From Lapillicoccus sp. (GTDB taxonomy: Bacteria; Actinomycetota; Actinomycetes; Actinomycetales; Dermatophilaceae), in contig NZ_JANXRJ010000031.1 of the NCBI RefSeq assembly GCF_025353065.1, forward strand, positions 18,938-82,937: a DNA stretch of 64,000 nt. Direction: 5' to 3'. Below the pieces are notes generated by a model that saw only the letters and a list, made by a program, of their open reading frames with translations, did no database searches and was not told the origin of the DNA. Made by a program: the position numbers and the translations under genes. Of the stretch, positions 47,876 to 58,193 are shown in pieces (the first letter of the stretch is position 1; the number at the start of each line of letters is the position of its first letter).

Positions 47876-48747
47876 CAGAGTCCCCACCCGTCGGCCGCCC
47901 GGCCGCCGCCGAGCCGGGTGTCGGTGGCACCGGGCGCGATCAGCTGCGGTCGCAGCTGCTCACGGGTGAGGTAGTAGTCGATGTCGAAGTCGGCGTCCCC
48001 CGTGAGCTCTCGCCACAGCCTCGCCCGGTTGACCAGCTCGAGGCGTCCCTCCGGTCCCGTCGCCCACGGCAGGGCCGTGCTGAGCTCGGCGCGCACCGCG
48101 GGGTCGTCGATGTCGTCGGTGTTCCACAGTCGCAGCTGGCGGACGGTGGGGTTGAAGCGGATCTTGAACATGTAGCGCGGGACGTCGGAGTCGTTGCGCC
48201 GACCACCGTGCCAGATCCCGTGGTGCAGCAGGACGACGGTTCCGGCCGTACACACCAACCGGGTCTGGCCGACGAGGTTCTGGTAACGCCCGATGGCGGA
48301 CTCGTTGATCCGACGCAGGTGTGTCCCGGGCACGCTCAGCGTCCCGCCCTGCTCGAGGGTCACCGCCCGGGGGTAGTACATGAGCTGCACGTCGAAGGCG
48401 TCGACCCGGGTGTCGAGCACCGCGTCGGCGTGCATGGGCTGGGCCTCGCCGCCGTGGGGCGGCCGGACGTGGACGGCGTGGTGGTCGATGGCGGGGTGCG
48501 GGCCCACGAGGCTCTGGACCGCGCCGGCGACGGTCGGCAGGTCGAGCAGGTCCCGCACGAAGGTCCCCGCGGGGAAGACCGTGTCGAGCGGCGTGCCGTA
48601 GGGGTGGGCCGGCAGACCGGTCTCGAGCACGGCGATGTCGCGGTCGTTGAGCACGTCGGGCACCACACCCTCGAGGGCGAGGCTGCCGTGGGCGACGAAG
48701 TGGGCCATCTCCACCGAGGAGAGAAGGTGCTTGCGATCGACGATCAT
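47875..48747 (-). CDS. phytanoyl-CoA dioxygenase (PhyH) family Fe(II)/2-oxoglutarate oxygenase
   Basis: HADA..(HxD) and HHGIWHGG motifs; size and pattern typical of the family. Confidence 0.85.
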   Translation of the reverse strand: MIVDRKHLLSSVEMAHFVAHGSLALEGVVPDVLNDRDIAVLETGLPAHPYGTPLDTVFPAGTFVRDLLDLPTVAGAVQSLVGPHPAIDHHAVHVRPPHGGEAQPMHADAVLDTRVDAFDVQLMYYPRAVTLEQGGTLSVPGTHLRRINESAIGRYQNLVGQTRLVCTAGTVVLLHHGIWHGGRRNDSDVPRYMFKIRFNPTVRQLRLWNTDDIDDPAVRAELSTALPWATGPEGRLELVNRARLWRELTGDADFDIDYYLTREQLRPQLIAPGATDTRLGGGRAADGWGL

Positions 48748-48803
48748 GACCTCGAACCTACGGGCACATCCGAACCGCCGGGCAGTCGGCAGGTCCGGTC
48801 GGG

Positions 48804-48849
48804 ATCGGGTGGAGATGACCTCGCCCTGACGTGGTCATCTCCACCCGAT
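48804..48849 (-). terminator. hairpin with 17-bp perfect stem (ATCGGGTGGAGATGACC / GGTCATCTCCACCCGAT) and 12-nt loop
   Basis: Read directly; begins 19 nt downstream of the AKR stop on the minus strand and lies upstream of the PhyH operon; no U-tail. Confidence 0.5.
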
Positions 48850-48867
48850 ACCTGCGGCGCGTGGGCC

Positions 48868-49713
48868 CTACGCGCCGAGGTTGAACTCGTCCGGGTCGGG
48901 TCCGGTGCGAAAACCCTTGTCCAGCGCGGTGATCGACGTGACCTCGTCGGCGGTGAGCTCGAAGCCGAAGACATCGAAGTTCTCGGCGATCCGGCTCGGC
49001 GTGACCGACTTGGGGATGACGACGTTGCCGAGCTGCAGGTGCCAGCGCAGGATCGCCTGCGCGGCTGTGACACCGTGCGCCTCGGCGATCCCGGCGATGA
49101 CCGGGTCCTTCAGCACGTCGCCACCGGACGCGAGCGGGCTCCAGTCCTCGGTGACGATGCCGTGCTTCGCGTGGAAGTCGCGCAGCTCCTGCTGGACGAG
49201 GTGCGGGTGCAGCTCGATCTGGTTGATCGAGGGCAGCTCGCCGGTCTCGTCGAGGAGACGCTGGAGGTGGGGGACCTGGAAGTTGCAGACCCCGATGGCC
49301 GTGACCCGACCCTCGTCACGCAGCTTCTGGAACGCCTTCCACGTGTCGACGAATGCGTCCTTCTTCGGGACCGGCCAGTGGATGAGGTAGAGGTCGAGCA
49401 CCTCGAGGCCGAGCCGCTTCATCGAGCCGTCGAACGCCGTCAGCGTGCTGTCGTAGCCCTGGTCGGAGTTCCAGAGCTTGGTCGTGACGAACACCTCGGA
49501 CGTCGGGACGTCGCTCTCGGCCAGGGCGCGGCCGACGCCCGCCTCGTTCTCGTAGGCCTTCGCGCTGTCGATGTGGCGGTAGCCGACCTTCAGCGCCTCC
49601 GCGACGGCGGGCGTCGCCTCCTCGTCGTCGACCTGCCAGACACCGAACCCGAGCTGCGGGATGTCGTGGTGGCCGGAAGGGGTGGTCAGGGGGATGGTGG
49701 GGACAGAATTCAT
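48868..49713 (-). CDS. aldo/keto reductase
   Basis: ATG 49713; LGFGVWQ, GYRHIDSAKAYENE, LDLYLIHWP motifs. Confidence 0.9.
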   Translation of the reverse strand: MNSVPTIPLTTPSGHHDIPQLGFGVWQVDDEEATPAVAEALKVGYRHIDSAKAYENEAGVGRALAESDVPTSEVFVTTKLWNSDQGYDSTLTAFDGSMKRLGLEVLDLYLIHWPVPKKDAFVDTWKAFQKLRDEGRVTAIGVCNFQVPHLQRLLDETGELPSINQIELHPHLVQQELRDFHAKHGIVTEDWSPLASGGDVLKDPVIAGIAEAHGVTAAQAILRWHLQLGNVVIPKSVTPSRIAENFDVFGFELTADEVTSITALDKGFRTGPDPDEFNLGA

Positions 49714-49763
49714 GCGCCTACCGTATGCCGTGTCGGCTGGCGGAAGGCCCACGGGTGCGGCCC

Positions 49764-50465
49764 CTATGCGGTGGGCGCCGGGTCGGCCAGCAGTCCGCGC
49801 AGCAGGGCCGCGAGGATCTGCTCGACCTGCGAAGCGATGCCGGTGTCCAGCTGCGGAAGCTCGGGGTGCGCGGCATACACCTCGCGGAGGGTGTCCGAGG
49901 GCCGCGAGGCCGCCCAGAGGCCACTCGTGACGAGGGTCGCGGCGTTGACGAAGAGCGCGGCCCCGTCGGCCGACAGCCCGGGGCACACCCGCACCAGCGC
50001 CTCGATCAGGTCGGCGACGACCGCGTGCATACCGAGCTTGAGCCGCTCGGCCGCGCCGAACGAGACGTGGTGCTCGAGGTGCGTCGTGAGCTGGCTGACG
50101 AGCTCGCAGAAGAGCTCGTGCTCCGCAATCGTGGTCGCCACGATCGTGGGAACCGTTGCGGGAGAGGCATCCTCGAGCCGTCGGAGGAGGACGTCACGCA
50201 CCACCACGGACTCCCGGGTGCTCAGCTCGACGAAGATCTCCTCCCGGGTGCCGAAATAGCGCACGACGTTGGACTTCGCGAGGCCGACCTCGTCGGCGAG
50301 GTCACCGAGGGTGACTCCCCGGACGCCTCGATCGAGCGCCAGCGCCCGCGCGGCGTCGAGGATCGCCTCGCGGCGCAGGGCCTTGTGCTCGGGTGTGCGC
50401 GCCCGCACGAACGGCACGACGGTCGTCCCCGAGCCGGTCGTCACCTCGCTCCGCGAGTCGGTCAC
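49764..50465 (-). CDS. TetR/AcrR family transcriptional regulator
   Basis: RREAILDAARALALDRGVRGVTLGDLADEVGLAKSNVVRYF HTH; divergent from the molybdoenzyme operon. Confidence 0.88.
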   Translation of the reverse strand: MTDSRSEVTTGSGTTVVPFVRARTPEHKALRREAILDAARALALDRGVRGVTLGDLADEVGLAKSNVVRYFGTREEIFVELSTRESVVVRDVLLRRLEDASPATVPTIVATTIAEHELFCELVSQLTTHLEHHVSFGAAERLKLGMHAVVADLIEALVRVCPGLSADGAALFVNAATLVTSGLWAASRPSDTLREVYAAHPELPQLDTGIASQVEQILAALLRGLLADPAPTA

Positions 50466-50482
50466 CCTTGCCCCTTGTCTAT

Positions 50483-50497
50483 CGCAATGCTATTGCG
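50483..50497. promoter_or_regulatory. candidate TetR operator CGCAATgctATTGCG (a second TTGCGTTA half-site lies at 50527-50534)
   Basis: Read directly in the 82-bp divergent intergenic region. Confidence 0.4.
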
Positions 50498-50547
50498 TTA
50501 CCGTACCCGCATCCCAACAGAACGTCGTTGCGTTAATTGGAGACCCG

Positions 50548-51159
50548 ATGGACCGCCCACCTCCCACCCGCCCAGTCCCACCTCCCACCCGTCCAGTCCC
50601 ACCTCCCACCCAGCCGGCCCCACCCCCGCCCCGCCCGGTCATGCTCGTCGTCAACGATGCGCCGACGACCCTCGATCTCGAGCCGCGGGTCAGCCTCCTC
50701 GACGCCCTGCGCGAGCACCTCCACCTCACCGGGACCAAGAAGGGCTGCAACCAGGGGGCCTGCGGCGCCTGCACCGTGCTCGTCGACGGTCGCCGGGTCC
50801 TTGCGTGCCTCACGCTCGCGATGCAGGTCGAGGGCCGCGAGGTGACGACCATCGAGGGAGTCGGACCACACCCGCTGCAGGCCGCGTTCGTCCGCAGGGA
50901 CGGGTTGCAGTGCGGCTACTGCACCCCGGGCCAGATCTGCTCGGCGATCGGCATGGTGGCCGAGCATCGGCACGGCGCCGCGAGCGTCGTCACCGACGAC
51001 GTCACCACAACGCCGGACCTCACTCCCGAGGAGATCCGCGAGCGGATGAGCGGCAATCTCTGCCGCTGTGGTGCCTACAACGGCATCGTCGAGGCCATCG
51101 TCGACACGGCGCCCGCGATGGCCGAGATGGCGCCCGCTCTGACCCCGGTGCCGGCATGA
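50548..51159 (+). CDS. (2Fe-2S)-binding small subunit of a xanthine-dehydrogenase/CoxS-family molybdoenzyme, with a Pro-rich repeat N-extension
   Basis: GGAGA RBS; CNQGACGACTV and CGYCTPG cluster motifs. Confidence 0.85.
   Translation: MDRPPPTRPVPPPTRPVPPPTQPAPPPPRPVMLVVNDAPTTLDLEPRVSLLDALREHLHLTGTKKGCNQGACGACTVLVDGRRVLACLTLAMQVEGREVTTIEGVGPHPLQAAFVRRDGLQCGYCTPGQICSAIGMVAEHRHGAASVVTDDVTTTPDLTPEEIRERMSGNLCRCGAYNGIVEAIVDTAPAMAEMAPALTPVPA
50557..50615. repeat. 21-bp tandem repeat x2.8 (ccacctcccacccgYccagtc) encoding PPPTRPV heptads
   Basis: Read directly. Confidence 0.9.
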
Positions 51160-52148
51160 GGCCCGTCGACTACGTCCGCCCGCTCGACGTCGCCGAGGTG
51201 CTCACCCTCGTGGCCGAGCGACCCGCGGCCCGATTCCTCGGGGGCGGCACCAATCTCATCGACCTCATCCGGCAGGGCGTCGAGCGTCCCGACACCCTCG
51301 TCGACACGACCGCGCTCCCCCTTGCCGGCATCGACACGGCACTGGGCGGCGGGCTGCGCATCGGCGCGACGACGCGCAACAGCGACCTCGCCGACGACCA
51401 CCTCGTCCGCACCCGCTACCCCCTGCTCGCCCAGGCCGTCCTCGCCGGCGCGTCGGGTCAGCTGCGCAACATGGCGACCGTCGGTGGCAACCTCCACCAG
51501 CGCACCCGCTGCCCCTACTTCGTCGACCGCGAGAGCCCGTGCAACAAGCGCGAACCCGGTTCCGGCTGTGGCGCGCTCGAGGGCATCGGCCGCTCGACCG
51601 CCGTGCTGGGGACCAGCGACCACTGCATCGCCGTCCACCCCTCCGACATGGCGGTGGCCCTCACGGCCCTCGAGGCGCAGGTCGAGCTGACCGGGCCTCG
51701 CGGCACACGGCAGGTGGCGATGGGTGACTTCCACCTGGCCCCGGGTGAGACCCCCCACCTCGAGACCGTGACACAGGCCGACGAGCTCGTCACCGCGGTC
51801 CTCCTCCCACCCCCGAGCCTCGGCGTGGCCCGCTACCGCAAGGTGCGCGACCGCGCCTCGTACGCCTTCGCGCTCGTCTCCGTCGCCGCGCTGCTCGACG
51901 TCCACGACGGCCAGATCCGCCAGGCCCGTCTCGGTCTCGGCGGCGTCGCCACGACCCCATGGCGGGCGCACGCCGCCGAGCTGGTGCTGGTCGGTGCAGC
52001 GCCCACCGACGAGGTCTTCGAGGCTGCAGCCGCCGCAGAGCTCGCTCCCGCGAAGTCGTTGCCGGACAACGCCTTCAAGGTCCAGCTCGCCCGACGCACC
52101 ATCGTCGCCACCCTGCGGCGGCTGCGAGCCGACGGAAGCGCGTCATGA
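51156..52148 (+). CDS. FAD-binding (CoxM-like) subunit of a molybdoenzyme
   Basis: ATGA overlap; FLGGGTNLIDL, NMATVGGNL motifs. Confidence 0.85.
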   Translation: MRPVDYVRPLDVAEVLTLVAERPAARFLGGGTNLIDLIRQGVERPDTLVDTTALPLAGIDTALGGGLRIGATTRNSDLADDHLVRTRYPLLAQAVLAGASGQLRNMATVGGNLHQRTRCPYFVDRESPCNKREPGSGCGALEGIGRSTAVLGTSDHCIAVHPSDMAVALTALEAQVELTGPRGTRQVAMGDFHLAPGETPHLETVTQADELVTAVLLPPPSLGVARYRKVRDRASYAFALVSVAALLDVHDGQIRQARLGLGGVATTPWRAHAAELVLVGAAPTDEVFEAAAAAELAPAKSLPDNAFKVQLARRTIVATLRRLRADGSAS

Positions 52149-54403
52149 CGACGACCACCCCGGCCCCGGCCATCAGGCCGGCCGCTCCTTCCAGGCCCCG
52201 CCCGCACGCCCCGGAGTCCGGCCCCTGGGTCGGACGTCCGGTCGACCGCCGTGACGGCCCGACCAAGACCACGGGCACGGCGACCTTCTCGGCGGAGTAC
52301 CAGCTGCCCGACCTCGCCCACGGCTGGCTGGTCCACGCGCCCATCGCCCGAGCCCGCATCACGGCGATCGACGACGCGGCCGCGCGCGCCCATCCCGGCG
52401 TCCTGACCGTGCTCAGCCACCTCAACACCCCGCGCCTCAAGCCCTCACCGGCCCGACCCAGCCTCCTCGACATGAGCACGATGGTCGGGGGCACCAGGGT
52501 CGACTACCTCGGCACCGACGAGGTCTTCTTCGACGGACAACCCGTCGCCGTCGTGGTCGCCGAGTCGCTCGAGGCCGCGCAGTATGCCGCCTCCCTCGTC
52601 CAGGTCGACTACGCGCCGCTCCCGGCCACCATCGACTTCGCCGCCGCGGCCGCGGCCGGACGCGCGACTCCCGTCAAGCAGTCGCTCGGCATGCCGACGC
52701 TCGTCGGATCGGTGGGTGACGCCGACGCCGCCCTCGGCCGGGCCGCCCATGTCGTCGACCTTCACTTCACGACGCCGGGCCACAACCACAACGCTCTCGA
52801 GCCGCACGCGACGACTGCCGTGTGGGACGGCGACCGGGTGACCGTCTGGGACGCCACCCAGGGCATCGACTGGTTCCGGAAGCACCTCGCGCTGCGCTTC
52901 GACGTCCCCGTCGAGTCGGTTCGGGTCATCGCTCCCTTCGTCGGTGGCGGCTTCGGCGGCAAGGGCAGCGTCTGGGCCGGGACCCTCCTGACCGTCCTCG
53001 CGGCCCGGGTCACCGGGCGGCCGGTGCGGATGGCGCTCAGCCGCGAGGCGGTCAACCGGGTCGTCGGTGGGCGGACCCCGACCCGGCAGCGGGTGGCTCT
53101 CGGCGCTGACGCTGACGGACGCCTCACGTCCGTCATCCACGAGGCGGTGCTGCGCAACTCGCCGGTGGGAGGCGGCCCCGAACAGGTCGTCGGAGCCAGC
53201 GGCGACCTCTACGCCTCACCCCACGTGCGGCTCGTCACCTCGATGGTCACCCTCGACCTCGTGCCCAACACCTTCATGCGGGCCCCCGGTGAGTCGACCG
53301 GCTCCTTCGGGCTCGAGTCCGCCGTCGACCAGCTCGCCCACGACCTCGGTGTCGACCCCTTGGAGCTGCGCCTCCGCAACGAGCCCGAGACATCGGCGCT
53401 CCACCATCGCGCCTTCTCGCACCGACGGATCCGCGAGCTCCTCCACGTCGGCGCCGAGGCGTTCGGCTGGGCGGACCGGACCCCGGGCGGCCGGCGCGAC
53501 GGCAGCCAACTCGTCGGCCACGGCTTGGCCCTTGCCTACCACCCCGCCTGGGAGTTCCCCGCCAACGTCACGCTGCTCCTCCGCCGAGACGGCACGGCCC
53601 TGCTGCGCTGCGGTTTTCAGGAGATGGGGATGGGCACGGCCACGGTCCAGGCGCAGGTCGTCGCCGACGCGCTCGGGATCCCGTTCGACGCGGTCCACGT
53701 CGACTACGGGGACAGCGACCTGCCCATCGCCCCCAACGCCGGTGGGTCGACCCAGTCGGCCAGCATCGCCGCTGCCGTGCTGCGGTCGGCCGCGAAGCTG
53801 CGGCGCGCGGTGAGCCAGCTCCACCAGCGCCCCGGAGAGTCGCTCGCGCAGACCCTGACCCGAGTCGGACGCGATGTCGAGGTGTCGGTGGGCTCGGACG
53901 TCGGGGTCGGCGCCGCGGCCACGTCGGTGCGCTTCATCGCCACCACCCTGCTGAACCAGCGCCGCTGGGTGAGGGCCGCCTCGGGAGCCCACTTCTGCGA
54001 GGTGCGGGTCGACGCCGACACCGGCGAGGTCCGGGTGACCCGCTGGGTCGGTGCCTTCGACATCGGCACCGTCCTCAACGCCAAGACGGCCGCGAGCCAG
54101 CTGCGCGGCGGCATCGTCATGGGCCTCGGGCTGGCCCTCACCGAGGAGACGGTCGTCGACGGACGCACCGGCCGGATCATGAACGCCGGCCTCGCCGAGT
54201 ACCACGTGCCCACCCACGCCGACGTCCCCCACATCGACATCCACCTGCTCGACGACCCTGACCCGACGATGCCGCTCGGCGTCCTCGGCGCCGGCGAGGT
54301 GGGCATCACCGGCGTCGGTGCCGCGATCGCGAACGCCGTGTTCGACGCCACCGGGCGCCGGGTCACCGACCTGCCGCTCACCCTCGACCGGGTGGCCCCC
54401 TGA
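52145..54403 (+). CDS. molybdopterin-binding large subunit (xanthine dehydrogenase/aldehyde oxidase family)
   Basis: ATGA overlap; 752 aa; GGGFGGK and EMGMGT-type motifs. Confidence 0.88.
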   Translation: MTTTTPAPAIRPAAPSRPRPHAPESGPWVGRPVDRRDGPTKTTGTATFSAEYQLPDLAHGWLVHAPIARARITAIDDAAARAHPGVLTVLSHLNTPRLKPSPARPSLLDMSTMVGGTRVDYLGTDEVFFDGQPVAVVVAESLEAAQYAASLVQVDYAPLPATIDFAAAAAAGRATPVKQSLGMPTLVGSVGDADAALGRAAHVVDLHFTTPGHNHNALEPHATTAVWDGDRVTVWDATQGIDWFRKHLALRFDVPVESVRVIAPFVGGGFGGKGSVWAGTLLTVLAARVTGRPVRMALSREAVNRVVGGRTPTRQRVALGADADGRLTSVIHEAVLRNSPVGGGPEQVVGASGDLYASPHVRLVTSMVTLDLVPNTFMRAPGESTGSFGLESAVDQLAHDLGVDPLELRLRNEPETSALHHRAFSHRRIRELLHVGAEAFGWADRTPGGRRDGSQLVGHGLALAYHPAWEFPANVTLLLRRDGTALLRCGFQEMGMGTATVQAQVVADALGIPFDAVHVDYGDSDLPIAPNAGGSTQSASIAAAVLRSAAKLRRAVSQLHQRPGESLAQTLTRVGRDVEVSVGSDVGVGAAATSVRFIATTLLNQRRWVRAASGAHFCEVRVDADTGEVRVTRWVGAFDIGTVLNAKTAASQLRGGIVMGLGLALTEETVVDGRTGRIMNAGLAEYHVPTHADVPHIDIHLLDDPDPTMPLGVLGAGEVGITGVGAAIANAVFDATGRRVTDLPLTLDRVAP

Positions 54404-55115
54404 CGCCACCCGGGCCGGGCGCGAGCCAGTCGTGCCAAGCCGCCAGACCGTCGCCGGTCCGGGCGCTGAGCTCGATGAGACGCGCGTGCGGGTTGACCTG
54501 AGCGACGTTGTGGCGGAACAGGTCCAGGTCGAAGTCGAGGTGCGGCAGGAGATCCATCTTGTTGATCAGGACGACGGAGACGGAGCGGAACATCACGGGA
54601 TACTTCAGCGGCTTCTCCTCCCCCTCGGTGATCGCGTAGACCATCACCGAGTCGTGGGCGCCGACGTCGAACTCCGCCGGGCAGACGAGGTTGCCGACGT
54701 TCTCGACCAGCACGAGGTCGAGGCCGGCCAGGTCGAGCTGACCGAGGGCGCGCGCCACCATCGGCGCATCGAGGTGGCACTCGCCACCGAACCCGGCACC
54801 GGTGTTGAGCAGCACCACCTGGGCCCCGAGGCCCGTGAGCCGGTCGGCGTCGATCGAGGTCTCGATGTCCCCCTCCACGACGCCGACCCGGATGTTTCGC
54901 GACGCCAGCTCGCGCAAGGTGTGCACGAGCAGGGTCGTCTTGCCGGCCCCGGGCGAGGACATCAGGTTGACGCAGCGGATCCCGTGCTCGTCGAGGGCTC
55001 TGCGGTTCGCTGCCGCGGCCCGGTCGTTCTCGCCGAAGATCCGCTCGAGGACGATGACCCGATCCGGGCCCGTGGCGTAGCCGGACAGGTCGTCGTGCCG
55101 GTGGAAACGCCCCAT
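54378..55115 (-). CDS. hypB: hydrogenase nickel-incorporation GTPase HypB
   Basis: MGRFHRHDD.., [12 protein letters not shown]-loop, ENVGNLVCP. Confidence 0.9.
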   Translation of the reverse strand: MGRFHRHDDLSGYATGPDRVIVLERIFGENDRAAAANRRALDEHGIRCVNLMSSPGAGKTTLLVHTLRELASRNIRVGVVEGDIETSIDADRLTGLGAQVVLLNTGAGFGGECHLDAPMVARALGQLDLAGLDLVLVENVGNLVCPAEFDVGAHDSVMVYAITEGEEKPLKYPVMFRSVSVVLINKMDLLPHLDFDLDLFRHNVAQVNPHARLIELSARTGDGLAAWHDWLAPGPGGVRGPPGRG

Positions 55116-55117
55116 GC

Positions 55118-55495
55118 TCAGCTCCGCTCCGATGGTGCGACCACGTCGTCGGCGACGACGTCCAGGGACGTGACCATGAACTCCTCGCCGGTCCGCACCG
55201 TGATGGTGCCACCGCCGCACGACCCGCAGGTCAGCATGAAGACGTCCGCGGCGGTCGTGCTCTCGCCGCACGACAAGCAGTCGAGGACGACCGGCACCTG
55301 GTCGATGACCAGCCTCGAACCCGCCAACGGCGAGTCCTGGGTGACCATCCCCCAGCAGAACTCCAGCGACTCCGGGACGACCTGACGCAGCTGTCCCACC
55401 TGGAGGTTGACTGCCTCGACGGAGTGGCCGGGCCTCAACGCCAGCGCTCTCCCGACGATGTCGTAGATGCTGCAGCACAACGAGAGCTCATGCAC
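55118..55495 (-). CDS. hypA: hydrogenase maturation nickel metallochaperone HypA
   Basis: GTG start giving (M)HELSLC..; CLSCG..CGSCGG zinc site. Confidence 0.85.
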   Translation of the reverse strand: MHELSLCCSIYDIVGRALALRPGHSVEAVNLQVGQLRQVVPESLEFCWGMVTQDSPLAGSRLVIDQVPVVLDCLSCGESTTAADVFMLTCGSCGGGTITVRTGEEFMVTSLDVVADDVVAPSERS

Positions 55496-55708
55496 TGCCG
55501 CTCCCCTCGAGGTTCTGCGGCGGCCGCTCGACTGCCACCTCCGCGCCATGGTCGACGTGCGTTGGCCCCACTTTCCAGCTCTGGGGCATCTCGATCAAGA
55601 AACGTGCGCGTGTCAGCGCGGGCTCTCGGGTGCGCCCGGTGGCGAATGCCAACTATCGGCGCCTCCGGAAACGGCCAGTGCCGGGTCCGGCGGTGGGAGG
55701 GTGGGCGT

Positions 55709-58191
55709 ATGCGGGTGCGGGTGATCACCGACCGGTTGACCCCAACGGGTGACGTGCTCGTCCCAGACGTGCCCGGGTCGAGGCTGCCCCGCCTACGCCG
55801 ACGACGTCGGATCGTGGTGCGGGGCGTGGTGCAGGGCGTGGGCTTCCGGCCACACGTCCTGCGGCTCGCCGAGGCGCTCGGCCTCGAGGGGACCTGTCGC
55901 AACGACGCCACCTGTGTCGTGATGGAGGTCGGGGGCGACGCCGACCACGTCGACGCCTTCGCCCGCCGACTCGAGTCGGAGGCACCACCCCTGGCCCGCA
56001 TCCTCTCGGTCGAGGCCGTCGACCTCGATCTCCTCGACGACGACGACGACACTCCCATGGAGACAACGGGATTCACCATCACCGCATCGACGACCGGGCC
56101 CGGCGCCCGGACCATGGTGCCGCCCGACACCGCCGTCTGCGCCGACTGCCTGGCGGAGATGCGCGACCCGGAGGACCGGCGCTACCGGCACCCGTTCATC
56201 ACCTGCACCAACTGCGGCCCCCGGTTCACGATCACCCGCGACCTCCCCTACGACCGACCGGCCACCACGATGGCCGCCTTCCCCCTCTGCGGCGCCTCTG
56301 CCGCGGAGTATGCCGACCCCCACGACCGTCGTCACCACGCCCAGCCCATCGCCTGCCACGACTGCGGGCCGACGCTCCGGGTCCTGTCGTCCCGTGGGGC
56401 CGAGATCGCCTCCGGCAGTGAGGAGTCCGTCCGCGCTACCGTCGCGGCCCTGCGGGACGGAGCCATCGTCGCGGTCAAGGGCATCGGCGGCTACCACCTG
56501 GTCTGCGACGCGACCTCGGGCACGGCGGCGACCGTGCTGCGGGCCCGCAAGCACCGACCCGACCAGCCGTTCGCGGTCAGGGTCCGCGACCTCGCCACCG
56601 CGGCAGATCTCGTCCACGTCGACGGCGCCGAGACCCTGCTGACCTCGTCCGAGCGCCCGATCGTGCTCCTCCGGCGCCGGGCCGGGGCCCCCGTCGCGGA
56701 GTGCGTCGCGCCCGGGCTCGACGACCTCGGCGTCCTGCTGCCCTACGCGCCGCTCCACCACCTCCTCTTCGCCGACCTGCCCGACGGTTCCCCGGGCACG
56801 CCCGAGTCGTTGGTGATGACCTCGGGCAACCTCTCCGGCGAGCCGCTGTGCTTCGAGGACGCCGAAGCGGTGGCCCGCCTCGGCGGGATCGCCGACCTCT
56901 TCCTGACCCACGACAGGGAGATCGCCGTCCCCTGCGAGGACTCGGTCGTCGCCTGGCACGAGGGCGAGGTGCTGCCCATCCGTCGCTCCCGCGGATATCG
57001 CCCCTCCCGGTCGTCCTCGGCCACGACACCGATCTCGTCCTGGGCGCCGCGTCGGGCGTCGTCCTCGCCGCCGGCGCCGAGGTCAAGAACACCTTCGCGC
57101 TGGCCCGTGACGGGATGGCCTTCGTCTCTGCGCACCTCGGCGACCTCGGCTCGCTCGAGAGCCGCACGGCATACGGACGGGCGACGGCCCAGCTGCTCCG
57201 GTTCCACCGCAGCACACCGGAGGTCGTGGTGGCCGACCTCCACCCCGGGTATGCGTCCCGGGCCTGGGCCCGTGACCTCTCGCGTGAGCTCGGGGTCCCG
57301 CTCCACGGAGTCCAGCACCACCACGCCCACCTCGCGTCGCTCGCCGCCGAGCACGGGCGGCTCGACGACCCGGTGCTGGGTGTGGTCTACGACGGCACGG
57401 GCTACGGCTGCGACCGGTCGGTATGGGGCGGTGAGCTGCTCCTCCTCGGTGACCGTGGCCTGAGCGCGACCCGCCTCGGCCACCTCGGGGTCGTCCGGCT
57501 CCCCGGCGCCGACGCCGGCGTGCGCAACCCCGTGCGCACCGCTGCGCTGGCGGTGCTCGCCGCCGGCGAGGACTGGGTCGGCACCCCGCTCGACCCGGCG
57601 CTCACCGATACCGAGAAGCGAGCTCTCCCGGCCCTGCTCGCATCCGGCACGAGCATCGTCCCCACGAACAGCGTCGGCCGGCTGTTCGACGTCGTGGCCG
57701 CGTTGCTCGGCGTCCGCGCGAGGGTCAGCTATGAGGCGCAGGCTGCCGTCGAGCTCGAGGTGGCAGCGCGGCGGTGGCACGAGCGGCCCGACCCACTCCC
57801 GACGCAGGTCCCCCTGTCCCTGCCCGTGGTCGTTTCCGCGACGACCGGCCTGCCGAGCCTCGACCCCGATCCACTCGTCCGCGGCCTCGTCGCGGCGGTC
57901 CGCGACGAGGTCCCCACCGGACTGCTCGCGTGGTCGTTCCACGTCGCCCTCGCAGCCGCGACGACCGGGCTCGCGGCGGAGCAGGCGACGGCTCGAGGGG
58001 TCCGGACCATCGGGCTCTCCGGAGGCGTCTTCGTCAACCGGCTGCTCGTGACCCTGGTCCGTGACGCTCTGACCGACCGTGGCTTCGAGGTGCTGACCCA
58101 TCGGCTCGTGCCGGCGAATGACGGCGGTCTGTCCCTCGGCCAGGTGGCGGTCGGTGCCAGACTCCTCGCATCACGACACGGAAGGTCCTGA
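55709..58191 (+). pseudogene. hypF: carbamoyltransferase HypF, reading frame broken at the C4 run 57001-57004
   Basis: Acylphosphatase domain, zinc fingers and YrdC part are in the frame of ORF 55424 up to IRRSRGY. The Kae1-like part ([17 protein letters not shown]..) is in the frame of ORF 56701..58191. Confidence 0.85.
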
Positions 58192-58193
58192 CC

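Noticed and set aside
48208-50259. 683-aa + strand ORF
   Set aside because: It is antisense to the PhyH, AKR and TetR genes.
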